The translations under genes were made by a program, and so were the position numbers. Positions 30,507-38,176 of a DNA stretch of 64,000 nucleotides are shown in pieces (the first letter of the stretch is position 1; the number at the start of each line of letters is the position of its first letter). The notes under the pieces were generated by a model. That model did no database searches. It was not told the origin of the DNA and saw nothing but the letters and a program-made list of their open reading frames with translations. Source of the DNA: an uncultured Alphaproteobacteria bacterium (GTDB lineage Bacteria > Pseudomonadota > Alphaproteobacteria > Rhizobiales > Xanthobacteraceae); contig CAVZSB010000004.1 in assembly GCA_963777635.1 (NCBI GenBank), forward strand, positions 2,096 to 66,095. The letters run 5' to 3'.

Positions 30507-30615
30507 AAACCAAGCCTTCCATGCAACGCGGTTCCGCTGCGACAGATACGCATGGCTCTGCAAACCAAGGTTTCTCAGCAACGCGGTTCAGCCGGCACAA
30601 ATCCGCATGGCTTGT
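30507..30615. repeat. Two directly adjacent ~54-bp tandem copies (about three quarters identical by eye)
   Basis: AAACCAAGCCTTCCATGCAACGCGGTTCCGCTGCGACAGATACGCATGGCTCTG at 30507..30560 versus AAACCAAGGTTTCTCAGCAACGCGGTTCAGCCGGCACAAATCCGCATGGCTTGT at 30562..30615. Confidence 0.7.
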
Positions 30616-30827
30616 TCATCTTCCGCTCAGGAACGCCGGGGTAATCAGGGCGTTGTGCAACGGTCGCGTTCAGCTCTTACGATGATTTCCATCATGCGAA
30701 GTGGCCGGATCGCGGTCGTCGCCAGCCGTGGCTGGGGCGAGCCACGCAGTTGCTGGCGTTACGTAGTTTGGCGTTATGTAGCCGTGTGTTTTCACGCTGT
30801 TCCCTCACCCCCAAAAACGAGGCTCTC

Positions 30828-31043
30828 ATGCGAAAAATCACCCTGACTTTGGCTGCCGCGGCGTTGGTGCTCGGCTCGCTGGCCGTAGCGAATGCCCAGA
30901 CCCAGGGCGCTTCGAAGCTCAACGCGCAGGCGCAGAACGCGACCCCGATCGTGAAGTTTGCCGGATGCCGCGGCTGGGGCCGATGCCCCCCCGGCCGTTT
31001 CTGGGCCTGCGGCCCGCGCGGCTGCTTTTGCCGCTGGTGCTGA
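30828..31043 (+). CDS. secreted Cys/Trp/Arg-rich small protein (71-aa precursor, about 48-aa mature)
   Basis: GAGG SD 5 nt upstream. Sec signal MRKITLTLAAAALVLGSLAVANA|QTQ. C-terminal CRGWGRCPPGRFWACGPRGCFCRWC has 6 Cys, 5 Arg and 3 Trp in 25 residues. A hairpin terminator follows. Confidence 0.65.
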   Translation: MRKITLTLAAAALVLGSLAVANAQTQGASKLNAQAQNATPIVKFAGCRGWGRCPPGRFWACGPRGCFCRWC

Positions 31044-31075
31044 TGAACGCTCCGAAACCGGAATGATCGTTGTTC

Positions 31076-31103
31076 GAGGCCGCCTCCGGGCGGCCTCTTT
31101 TTT
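31076..31103. terminator. Rho-independent terminator between the convergent Cys-rich peptide gene and lolD
   Basis: GAGGCCGCC-TCCG-GGCGGCCTC stem-loop followed by TTTTTT on the plus strand. Confidence 0.75.
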
Positions 31104-31126
31104 CCGGGATGCCGTCTTCGCCGCGC

Positions 31127-31861
31127 TCAGTCGAGCTCGACGACCGTGCCGTCGCGGATGGTCACGCGGCGATCCATTTGCGCCGCAATGTCGAGGTTGT
31201 GGGTGGCGACGACGGCGGCGACGCCGGAAGCGCGCACCAATTCGCCGAGCGTGGCAAAGACCCGTTCGGAAGTGCGGACATCGAGATTGCCGGTGGGTTC
31301 GTCGGCCAGAAGAATCCGCGGCGCGTTGGCGACGGCGCGCGCAATCGCGACGCGCTGCTGCTCGCCGCCCGATAATTCCGCCGGCCGATGCGTCAGGCGA
31401 TCCTTGAGCCCGAGATACGACAGCAATTCGGCGGCGCGGGTTCGCGCCTTGTCCTTTTTAAGGCCGCCGATCATCTGCGGCAGCATCACGTTTTCCAGCG
31501 CCGTGAATTCCGGCAGCAGGTGGTGGAACTGATAGACGAAGCCGATGTCGGTGCGGCGGATGCGGGTGCGCTGCATGTCGGTCAGGTGCGAGGTGGCGAC
31601 CCCATCGATAAAAACTTCGCCGGAATCGGGATGTTCGAGCAGGCCGGCGATGTGCAGGAGCGTTGATTTGCCGGCACCGGACGGCCCCACCAAAGCCACC
31701 GACTGGCCGGGCCAGACCGCGAGCTCGACGCTCTTGAGAATGTCGAGCGTGGTGTCGCCCTGCCGGAAGCGCCTGGATATCTCGTGCAGGAGCACGATCG
31801 GGCGAGCTTCACCGGCGGCAGTCGACGGCGCAGACTCCATGCTGGTCGTTATCTCATCCAT
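31127..31861 (-). CDS. lolD: lipoprotein-releasing ABC transporter, ATP-binding protein
   Basis: [37 protein letters not shown]. Adjacent to the LolC/E permease gene. Confidence 0.9.
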   Translation of the reverse strand: MDEITTSMESAPSTAAGEARPIVLLHEISRRFRQGDTTLDILKSVELAVWPGQSVALVGPSGAGKSTLLHIAGLLEHPDSGEVFIDGVATSHLTDMQRTRIRRTDIGFVYQFHHLLPEFTALENVMLPQMIGGLKKDKARTRAAELLSYLGLKDRLTHRPAELSGGEQQRVAIARAVANAPRILLADEPTGNLDVRTSERVFATLGELVRASGVAAVVATHNLDIAAQMDRRVTIRDGTVVELD

Positions 31862-31870
31862 CGCGCGCGG

Positions 31871-33142
31871 TCACTCGTACCGCAAGGCTTCGACCGGATC
31901 GAGCCGCGCCGCCCGCCATGACGGATAGAGCGTCGCCAGGAGCGACAGACCGAGCGCCATCACGACCACCGCCGTGGTTTCGCTGACATTCATTTCCGCG
32001 GGAAGCCGCGACAGGAAATAAAGCTCGGGCGAGAACAAATCGGTCCTGGTGAGCCAGGACAGAAACAGGCGGATCGACTCGATGTTCATGCAGACAATGG
32101 TGCCGAGCAGAAAGCCGACGACCGTGCCGACCACGCCGATCGAAGCCCCGGTGATGAGAAAAATGCGCATGATCGCCCCCTGGGTCGCGCCCATGGTGCG
32201 CATGATGGCGATGTCGGTGCCTTTGTCCTTCACCAGCATGATCAGGCCGGAGACGATGTTGAGCGCCGCCACCAGCACGATCAGCGTCAGGATCAGGAAC
32301 ATCACGTTGCGCTCGACCTGAAGCGCATTGAAGAACGTGGCGTTGCGGGCCCGCCAGTTGATCATGTAGATCGGCCGCCCGGCGATTTCGTTGATCGCTC
32401 GCTGATAGCTGTCGACCTGATCCGGATCGTCGGTATAGACCTCGATCGCGGTCACGTCGCCGGCGCGGTTGAAATAGGCCTGCGCTTCGGACAGCGGCAT
32501 GAAGACGAAGGCGGCGTCGTATTCCGACATGCCGATCTTGAACACCGCGGCGATCTTGTATGACTTGATGCGCGGCGTGGTGCCCATCGGCGTTACCGCG
32601 CCGCGCGGCGCCACCAGAGTGAGATTGTCGCCGGCCCGCACCGAAAGCTGCTCCGCCAGCCGAACGCCGATGGCGATCCCCTGCCCCTCGTCGAAGTTCT
32701 TGAGCGTGCCGCCCGGCTGGATGTTCTCCGAGATCGAGGAAAGCTTCGCCAGGTCGCTGCCGCGAATGCCGCGCACCAGCACGCCGGAGGCGTTGAACGG
32801 CGAGGACGCGAGCGCCTGACCCTCGACGATCGGCGCGGCGAGCCGCACCCCCGGCACCTTCGAGACCCGCTCGGCGACGGCCTGCCAATCGGTGAGCGGA
32901 GATTCGAGCGGCTGGATCAGCAGGTGGCCGTTGAGGCCAAGTATCTTCTCCAGCAGCTCCTGGCGGAATCCGTTCATCACCGCCATCACGATGATCAGCG
33001 TCATCACGCCGAGCGTGATGCCGAGAAAGGAGAAGCCGGCAATGACCGAGATGAAACCTTCTTTGCGCCGCGCACGCAGGTAGCGCAGCGACAGCATCCA
33101 CTCGAAAGGCGCGAAGGGATGAGTGCCGGTCAACTCTCGCAT
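31871..33142 (-). CDS. lipoprotein-releasing system permease (LolC/E family)
   Basis: FtsX-like permease with a MacB-type periplasmic domain. N-terminus FEWMLSLRYLRARRKEGFISV. Confidence 0.9.
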   Translation of the reverse strand: MRELTGTHPFAPFEWMLSLRYLRARRKEGFISVIAGFSFLGITLGVMTLIIVMAVMNGFRQELLEKILGLNGHLLIQPLESPLTDWQAVAERVSKVPGVRLAAPIVEGQALASSPFNASGVLVRGIRGSDLAKLSSISENIQPGGTLKNFDEGQGIAIGVRLAEQLSVRAGDNLTLVAPRGAVTPMGTTPRIKSYKIAAVFKIGMSEYDAAFVFMPLSEAQAYFNRAGDVTAIEVYTDDPDQVDSYQRAINEIAGRPIYMINWRARNATFFNALQVERNVMFLILTLIVLVAALNIVSGLIMLVKDKGTDIAIMRTMGATQGAIMRIFLITGASIGVVGTVVGFLLGTIVCMNIESIRLFLSWLTRTDLFSPELYFLSRLPAEMNVSETTAVVVMALGLSLLATLYPSWRAARLDPVEALRYE

Positions 33143-33173
33143 TTTGATAAGGTCCTAGAGAGACTACCGAGTT

Positions 33174-34595
33174 TCACATGATTCTGGCGGTTTCAAGCCG
33201 CGAAAGATCGCGCTGCGGCACGACAGCGCACAGCTTTAGGGTCACAGCATTGCGGCCGGCTGCAGCGCCGAGGGTGCCCCCAAGCCGGGCCAGCGCGTCG
33301 TCGGGCGTCATGAGTTCCCGCGAACCGTCGGAGCGGCGCTTGACCTCGACCTTGCCCTCGGCCAGCCCGCGCGGCCCTACCAGGATCTGCCACGGAACGC
33401 CGATCAGGTCGGCGGTGGCGAATTTCGAGCCCGGCCGTTCGTCCAGATCGTGATAGAGCGTGTCGACACCCTTGGCGCCGAGCGCCGCGTATAGCCGCTC
33501 GCAGGCGGCGTCGGTGTCGGTGCCGCCCTGTTTGAGGTTGAGGATGGCGACGGTGAACGGCGCCACCGCATCGGGCCAGCGGATTCCCGCCTCGTCGTGA
33601 AATACCTCGATCAGGGCGGCGACCAGGCGGGTCGGTCCGATGCCGTATGAACCCATATGCACGGCGCGGTCGATGCCGTCGGAACCGGTCACCAAAGCTT
33701 TCATCGGCTCGGAATATTTGGTGCCGAAATAGAATACCTGGCCGACTTCGATGCCGCGGGCCGATATCTGCTTCTCCGGCGGCAGCTTTGCGAACGCGGC
33801 CGCATCGTGCTTGTCCGAGGTCGCGGCATAAAGCGCGGTCCATTTGTCGACGATGGTTTGCAGGCCGGAAACGCTGTCGAAATCCACGTCGGCGCCGGGC
33901 ACGGCGAAATCGAGATAGTCGCGGTGGCAGAACACCTCGCTCTCGCCGGTATCCGCAAGCACGATGAATTCGTGCGAGAGATTGCCGCCGATCGGACCGC
34001 TCTCCGCCACCATCGGGATCGACTGCAAGCCCATCCGCGCGAAGGTGCGCAGATAGGCGACGAACATGCGGTTATAGGCGTGCTTGGCGCCGTCAAAATC
34101 CACGTCGAAGGAATAGGCGTCCTTCATCAGGAACTCGCGCCCGCGCATCAGCCCGAACCGCGGCCGCACCTCGTCGCGGAACTTCCATTGCAGATGATAG
34201 AGATTGAGCGGCAGGTCCTTGTAGGAGCGCACATAGGCGCGGAAGATCTCGGTGATCATTTCCTCGTTGGTCGGGCCATAGAGCATGTCGCGCTCATGGC
34301 GATCCTTGATGCGCAGCATCTCCTTGCCGTAGGCCTCGTAGCGCCCGCTTTCGCGCCAGAGCTCCGCCGACTGGATGGTCGGCATCAACAGCTCGATGGC
34401 GCCCGAGCGGTTTTGCTCCTCGCGCACGATCCGGCACACCTTGTCGAGGACGCGCAGGCCGAGCGGCAAGAATGCGTAAATGCCGGCCGCCTCCTGGCGG
34501 ATCATGCCGGCGCGCAGCATCAGGCGGTGGGAGACGATCTCCGCCTCCTTCGGCGTCTCGCGCAGGATGGGCAGGAAGTAGCGGGAAAGGCGCAT
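33174..34595 (-). CDS. proS: proline--tRNA ligase (short form lacking the INS editing domain)
   Basis: [35 protein letters not shown]-terminus. Start at the internal Met; about 470 aa. Confidence 0.93.
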   Translation of the reverse strand: MRLSRYFLPILRETPKEAEIVSHRLMLRAGMIRQEAAGIYAFLPLGLRVLDKVCRIVREEQNRSGAIELLMPTIQSAELWRESGRYEAYGKEMLRIKDRHERDMLYGPTNEEMITEIFRAYVRSYKDLPLNLYHLQWKFRDEVRPRFGLMRGREFLMKDAYSFDVDFDGAKHAYNRMFVAYLRTFARMGLQSIPMVAESGPIGGNLSHEFIVLADTGESEVFCHRDYLDFAVPGADVDFDSVSGLQTIVDKWTALYAATSDKHDAAAFAKLPPEKQISARGIEVGQVFYFGTKYSEPMKALVTGSDGIDRAVHMGSYGIGPTRLVAALIEVFHDEAGIRWPDAVAPFTVAILNLKQGGTDTDAACERLYAALGAKGVDTLYHDLDERPGSKFATADLIGVPWQILVGPRGLAEGKVEVKRRSDGSRELMTPDDALARLGGTLGAAAGRNAVTLKLCAVVPQRDLSRLETARIM

Positions 34596-34927
34596 GAAAT
34601 CTCGTTGTTTCGCTGGACGGGAATCGTCGCGGCAGTGAATCCGCAACGGCGCCGGAATTACAAGGGGGCCGTCTTGGAGCATCGCCTGCGACAAAGGCGC
34701 TCCGGATTAAATTTTTTTGTCATCGGCCGCCGCTAAGATGATGACATTGGGCCAAAGATCGAGTACTTACCCAATGCGCGATCCCGGCGCGGCGTATCAG
34801 CATCCGGGAAGGCGGTCCAAGTCTCGGGAGGATAGTCGGACGGCGCGGATTCAACGCTGCCGCTGCGGAATAACGCTTAAAATCGCGAAAGAATAGCGCG
34901 GATCAAGGATCACAAAAAGATCTCTTG

Positions 34928-34954
34928 GCAGGGCCTTGGCCCTGCTATTTTTTT
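34928..34954 (+). terminator. Orphan plus-strand Rho-independent terminator
   Basis: 7-bp GC-rich stem GCAGGGC/GCCCTGC with loop CTTG, followed by TATTTTTTT. No plus-strand gene is listed upstream. Confidence 0.6.
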
Positions 34955-34971
34955 GCCGGTTGCGATGGGCA

Positions 34972-35238
34972 TCAGCCCATCCCAATCAGCCGGGACAGGC
35001 CCTGGAGTGTCACCAGCCGGTCGACATAGACCACGTAGCAGGCAGCGAAGATCAAGACCGAAACCACGGTCGTCCATAACAGCTTGCGGCCCAGATTGGG
35101 GATCGACGGCGCGCCGGGATCGGTGCCGGGAACGAACTCGCCGCTCTCATGCTGGCTGCGGATTCCCAACGGCAGCACGCCAAACAGCACAACCCACCAG
35201 ATCAGGAAAAAGATGGCGAAGGCGGTGGTGAGCGGCAT
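34972..35238 (-). CDS. DUF1467 family membrane protein
   Basis: MPLTTAFAIFFLIWWVVLFGVLPLG...GTDPGAP is typical of DUF1467. Confidence 0.8.
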   Translation of the reverse strand: MPLTTAFAIFFLIWWVVLFGVLPLGIRSQHESGEFVPGTDPGAPSIPNLGRKLLWTTVVSVLIFAACYVVYVDRLVTLQGLSRLIGMG

Positions 35239-35325
35239 GGTACCTCTTTAGCGTAGCATGATCTTTTCGGAAAACCGGCGTCCACCCCGGATCAAGTCCG
35301 GGGCAGGCTTTTTCCGGATCATGCT

Positions 35326-35730
35326 TCAGCGCTGTTCCAGTTCGACCAGGGTACCGGAAAAATCCTTCGGATGCAGGAACAGCACGGGCTTGCCGTGGGC
35401 GCCGATGCGCGGCTCGCCGTCGCCCAGCACGCGCGCCCCGGTCTTCTTCAGCGCATCGCGCGCCGTGCGGATATCGTCGACCTCGTAGCAGACATGGTGC
35501 ATGCCGCCATCCGGATTGCGCTCGAGGAATTTGGCGATCGGCGAATCCTCGCCAAGCGGCTCGAGCAGTTCGATCTTGGTATTCGGCAGCGTGATGAACA
35601 CCGTGGTTACACCGTGATCCGGTTGCGGCACGGCAGCCGATACGTCGGCGCCCAGCACGTCCCGATAAACCGCCGCCGCCTTGCCGATATCGCGCACCGC
35701 GATCGCCACGTGATTGAGCCTGCCGATCAT
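35326..35730 (-). CDS. mce: methylmalonyl-CoA epimerase (VOC/glyoxalase fold)
   Basis: MIGRLNHVAIAVRDIGKAAAVY...HHVCYEVDDI...FLHPKDFSGTLVELEQ. Confidence 0.85.
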   Translation of the reverse strand: MIGRLNHVAIAVRDIGKAAAVYRDVLGADVSAAVPQPDHGVTTVFITLPNTKIELLEPLGEDSPIAKFLERNPDGGMHHVCYEVDDIRTARDALKKTGARVLGDGEPRIGAHGKPVLFLHPKDFSGTLVELEQR

Positions 35731-35770
35731 GTCTTGCTCCTGCTGCGCTCCGGCACACTTCCTTCCTGAC

Positions 35771-35789
35771 CTCCCCCCTTGAGGGGGAG
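35771..35789. repeat. C5/G5 hairpin repeat (CTCCCCC-CTTGA-GGGGGAG)
   Basis: Same hairpin motif as the two copies at 45742..45808. Confidence 0.6.
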
Positions 35790-35832
35790 CCGAAGAATTC
35801 GCACTGCCAATCATCGGACGATATCTATACCT

Positions 35833-37110
35833 TTAACGGCCGAATTTCGCCTTCAGCTGATCCCGGATCGGCCCCAGGATGCTCGTCTTCTGCGTTTCGG
35901 CGCCCGCGAGGATGTCCTGCACGATGTCTTTCGGCGACCGGCCGCCCCAGCCGGCGTCGCGGAAATAGATGTTCGCCGCATTGCCGACGACATAGGTGCT
36001 CCACGCCGCCGCAAGACCCTGCGGCAAGGCGGTGATGACAGTGCTGGTGCCCAGCGTGACGGTCCGCAACAGGTCGGCGGCGAGATGCAGGCCATACTCG
36101 GCCGCCGCCATCAGCCCCCAGGCCCTTAAGATTTCCAGGACCATCCCCTGCGCGTTCTTGAGCGAAAATTCCGTGCCGTAGATCGCGCCGATGCGCTGGA
36201 CCATCATGGCGTCGCTGGCGACGCCGGCGAGAATGTCGAAGACCGGCACCGGATTGGCGCCGACCACGAGCGCCTTGCCCAGCATGAAATAGTAGATCAG
36301 CCGCGTGACCTCCTTGCCGCGCACCTGCTGCTTCAACAGCTTGATCTGCTCGCTCACGTCGGTCGCAAACAGACTGGCGTTAAGCGCAATAATCGCCTTG
36401 CCCTCGCGGTCGAGGACTTCGAGCATCCGCGCTTCCAGAAGCTCGATCCGCGGCTTTGGCTGAAAGCGGATAATCTCGATGGTGCCGTCGGCCTTGTGGA
36501 TTTCGCGCTCGGCCTCGCGGGGAGCCGCGGCGGCGAACACGATATCGGCGGCGCCGATCCGGTGGCCGATCTTGCGCAGAATGGACTCGGAAATCTCCTT
36601 GATCTGCGCGGGCCCGTACAGATCGGCTTTGTTGATGACCAGCAGCACCGGCTTGTGCAGATCGCACAGCTGCGTGAGGGCCTCGATCTCGACCCGGTTG
36701 AGGTCGCCGTCGGCGACGAACAGCACGAGGTCGGTATAGCGCACCGTCTCCTCGGCGAGCTTGCCCCGCAGCTCGCCCGCCGCCTCGTTGATGCCCGGCG
36801 TGTCGACCAGGACCAGCCTGGTGTTCTTAAATCCGGCCTTGGAGACTTTGTCGGTCGAGCCGTGCTCGGCGGAAACGGCAAAGATCGTTTCGCCCGCGAG
36901 CGCATTAAGAAGCGCGCTCTTGCCCGAGCCGACTTCGCCAAAGGCCGCGATTTCGAGGCGGCCGTTCTCGAGCTTCGCCGTGAACTGCTCGATATCGTGC
37001 ATCTCCTTCTCGATGCTGGCGCGCTCCTGCGGGCGCAGCCTGGAGTCCGCCGAAAGCGTGCGCAGCGCTTCGATCGTATCGGGCAATATCGCTTGATCCT
37101 GGTCTTGCAT
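35833..37110 (-). CDS. GTPase with C-terminal DUF697-like membrane domain
   Basis: G1 GEVGSGKS, G3 DTPG, G4 NKAD. Hydrophobic DUF697-like C-terminal half. Confidence 0.75.
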   Translation of the reverse strand: MQDQDQAILPDTIEALRTLSADSRLRPQERASIEKEMHDIEQFTAKLENGRLEIAAFGEVGSGKSALLNALAGETIFAVSAEHGSTDKVSKAGFKNTRLVLVDTPGINEAAGELRGKLAEETVRYTDLVLFVADGDLNRVEIEALTQLCDLHKPVLLVINKADLYGPAQIKEISESILRKIGHRIGAADIVFAAAAPREAEREIHKADGTIEIIRFQPKPRIELLEARMLEVLDREGKAIIALNASLFATDVSEQIKLLKQQVRGKEVTRLIYYFMLGKALVVGANPVPVFDILAGVASDAMMVQRIGAIYGTEFSLKNAQGMVLEILRAWGLMAAAEYGLHLAADLLRTVTLGTSTVITALPQGLAAAWSTYVVGNAANIYFRDAGWGGRSPKDIVQDILAGAETQKTSILGPIRDQLKAKFGR

Positions 37111-37123
37111 GCGGTTTCCGCGG

Positions 37124-38107
37124 CTATGAGGCGGCTTGGAATTGCAACGCGCGCCCCGGGCTCGGCCTGATGACGCGGCTCAGCAATTGCGTCAGCGCCG
37201 CGATGTCCGGCGACGGCCGCCGCGTTTCAATCCGCAGGGCGCCGCGTGCGTCTTGAATCTCGCGCTGGACCGGGCTCGGTTCACCGGCAACAGACACGAC
37301 GTGATTGCCGGCAAAGCCTACCGGCATTTTTGCGCGGATGGAAAGCAGGATCGCATCGCGGTCGGCGGCGTTGAGCTGATCCGCCTTGTTCAAGACCACG
37401 TAGAGCGGCTTGCGTTTGGCGACAAAACGCGCGATCGCGGCAACCTCGGGAGCGCGCAGGTCCTGGTCGACCACGAACAACACGCCGTCGGTCGCAGCGG
37501 CGGCCTCAGCCAGCGCGGTCACGGAGCGCTCGTCGCCGTCGCTCGGCCCGGCATCGACAAGACGGACGATGTCGCTCGTTTCCGGCTGCGGCGCGCCGGT
37601 CGAAGCCGCAAGCCGCGCGATCAGCGCCGTCTTGCCGGTGTAAGCCGGACCGGTAACGCATAGCGTCGTTCGCGCCGGCACGCTCGCGCGCGGAGGCTCA
37701 AGCGAAGCCGCGGCCGGCGCGTGGCCCAGCCGCTCGATCGGCTGCCGCGCAGCGCGACGGCTTTCAGCTTCCCATTTTGTCGACAGCTCTTTGGCGCGTT
37801 TGGCCACGATCTCGGTGGGCAACGGCAATGGCACCTCGACTTTCGCGGCAATGGCCTTGGGCGATGTTCCCAGCCGGCGCAGCCGGAGCCATGCGACCAT
37901 GCCGACGACCATGAAGAAGCATAGCAACACCACGCCGTAAGCCGCGGCGATATAGGGATTTTTGAGCGCATCGAAGGTCAGCGCGATGTTCGACGCCAGC
38001 CAGACACCTCCGAACAGCACGGCGCAGGCAAGCGCCCCAACCACGAGGCGGATCAGCACCTCGGGCTTGGCGGCAAGCAGTAACAGGGGGGCGAACCACT
38101 TTAGCAT
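37124..38107 (-). CDS. membrane-anchored P-loop GTPase-like protein
   Basis: Two N-terminal TM helices, then GPAYTGKT (P-loop) and NKADQL (G4). Paired with the upstream GTPase gene. Confidence 0.65.
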   Translation of the reverse strand: MLKWFAPLLLLAAKPEVLIRLVVGALACAVLFGGVWLASNIALTFDALKNPYIAAAYGVVLLCFFMVVGMVAWLRLRRLGTSPKAIAAKVEVPLPLPTEIVAKRAKELSTKWEAESRRAARQPIERLGHAPAAASLEPPRASVPARTTLCVTGPAYTGKTALIARLAASTGAPQPETSDIVRLVDAGPSDGDERSVTALAEAAAATDGVLFVVDQDLRAPEVAAIARFVAKRKPLYVVLNKADQLNAADRDAILLSIRAKMPVGFAGNHVVSVAGEPSPVQREIQDARGALRIETRRPSPDIAALTQLLSRVIRPSPGRALQFQAAS

Positions 38108-38176
38108 CTGTCGCGCCGATCGGTAATTTCACTAAAAATATGAATAGTTTGCGCGTTGGCAATGCGCCGCGCGACG

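Noticed and set aside
34780-34830. SRP (4.5S) RNA, because of CAUCCGGGAAGGCGGUCCAAG resembling the GGAAG-containing domain IV.
   Set aside because: The conserved GGAAGCAGCC-type symmetric-loop sequence and the complementary 5'/3' helix are absent. I also could not recognise 6S or tmRNA features.
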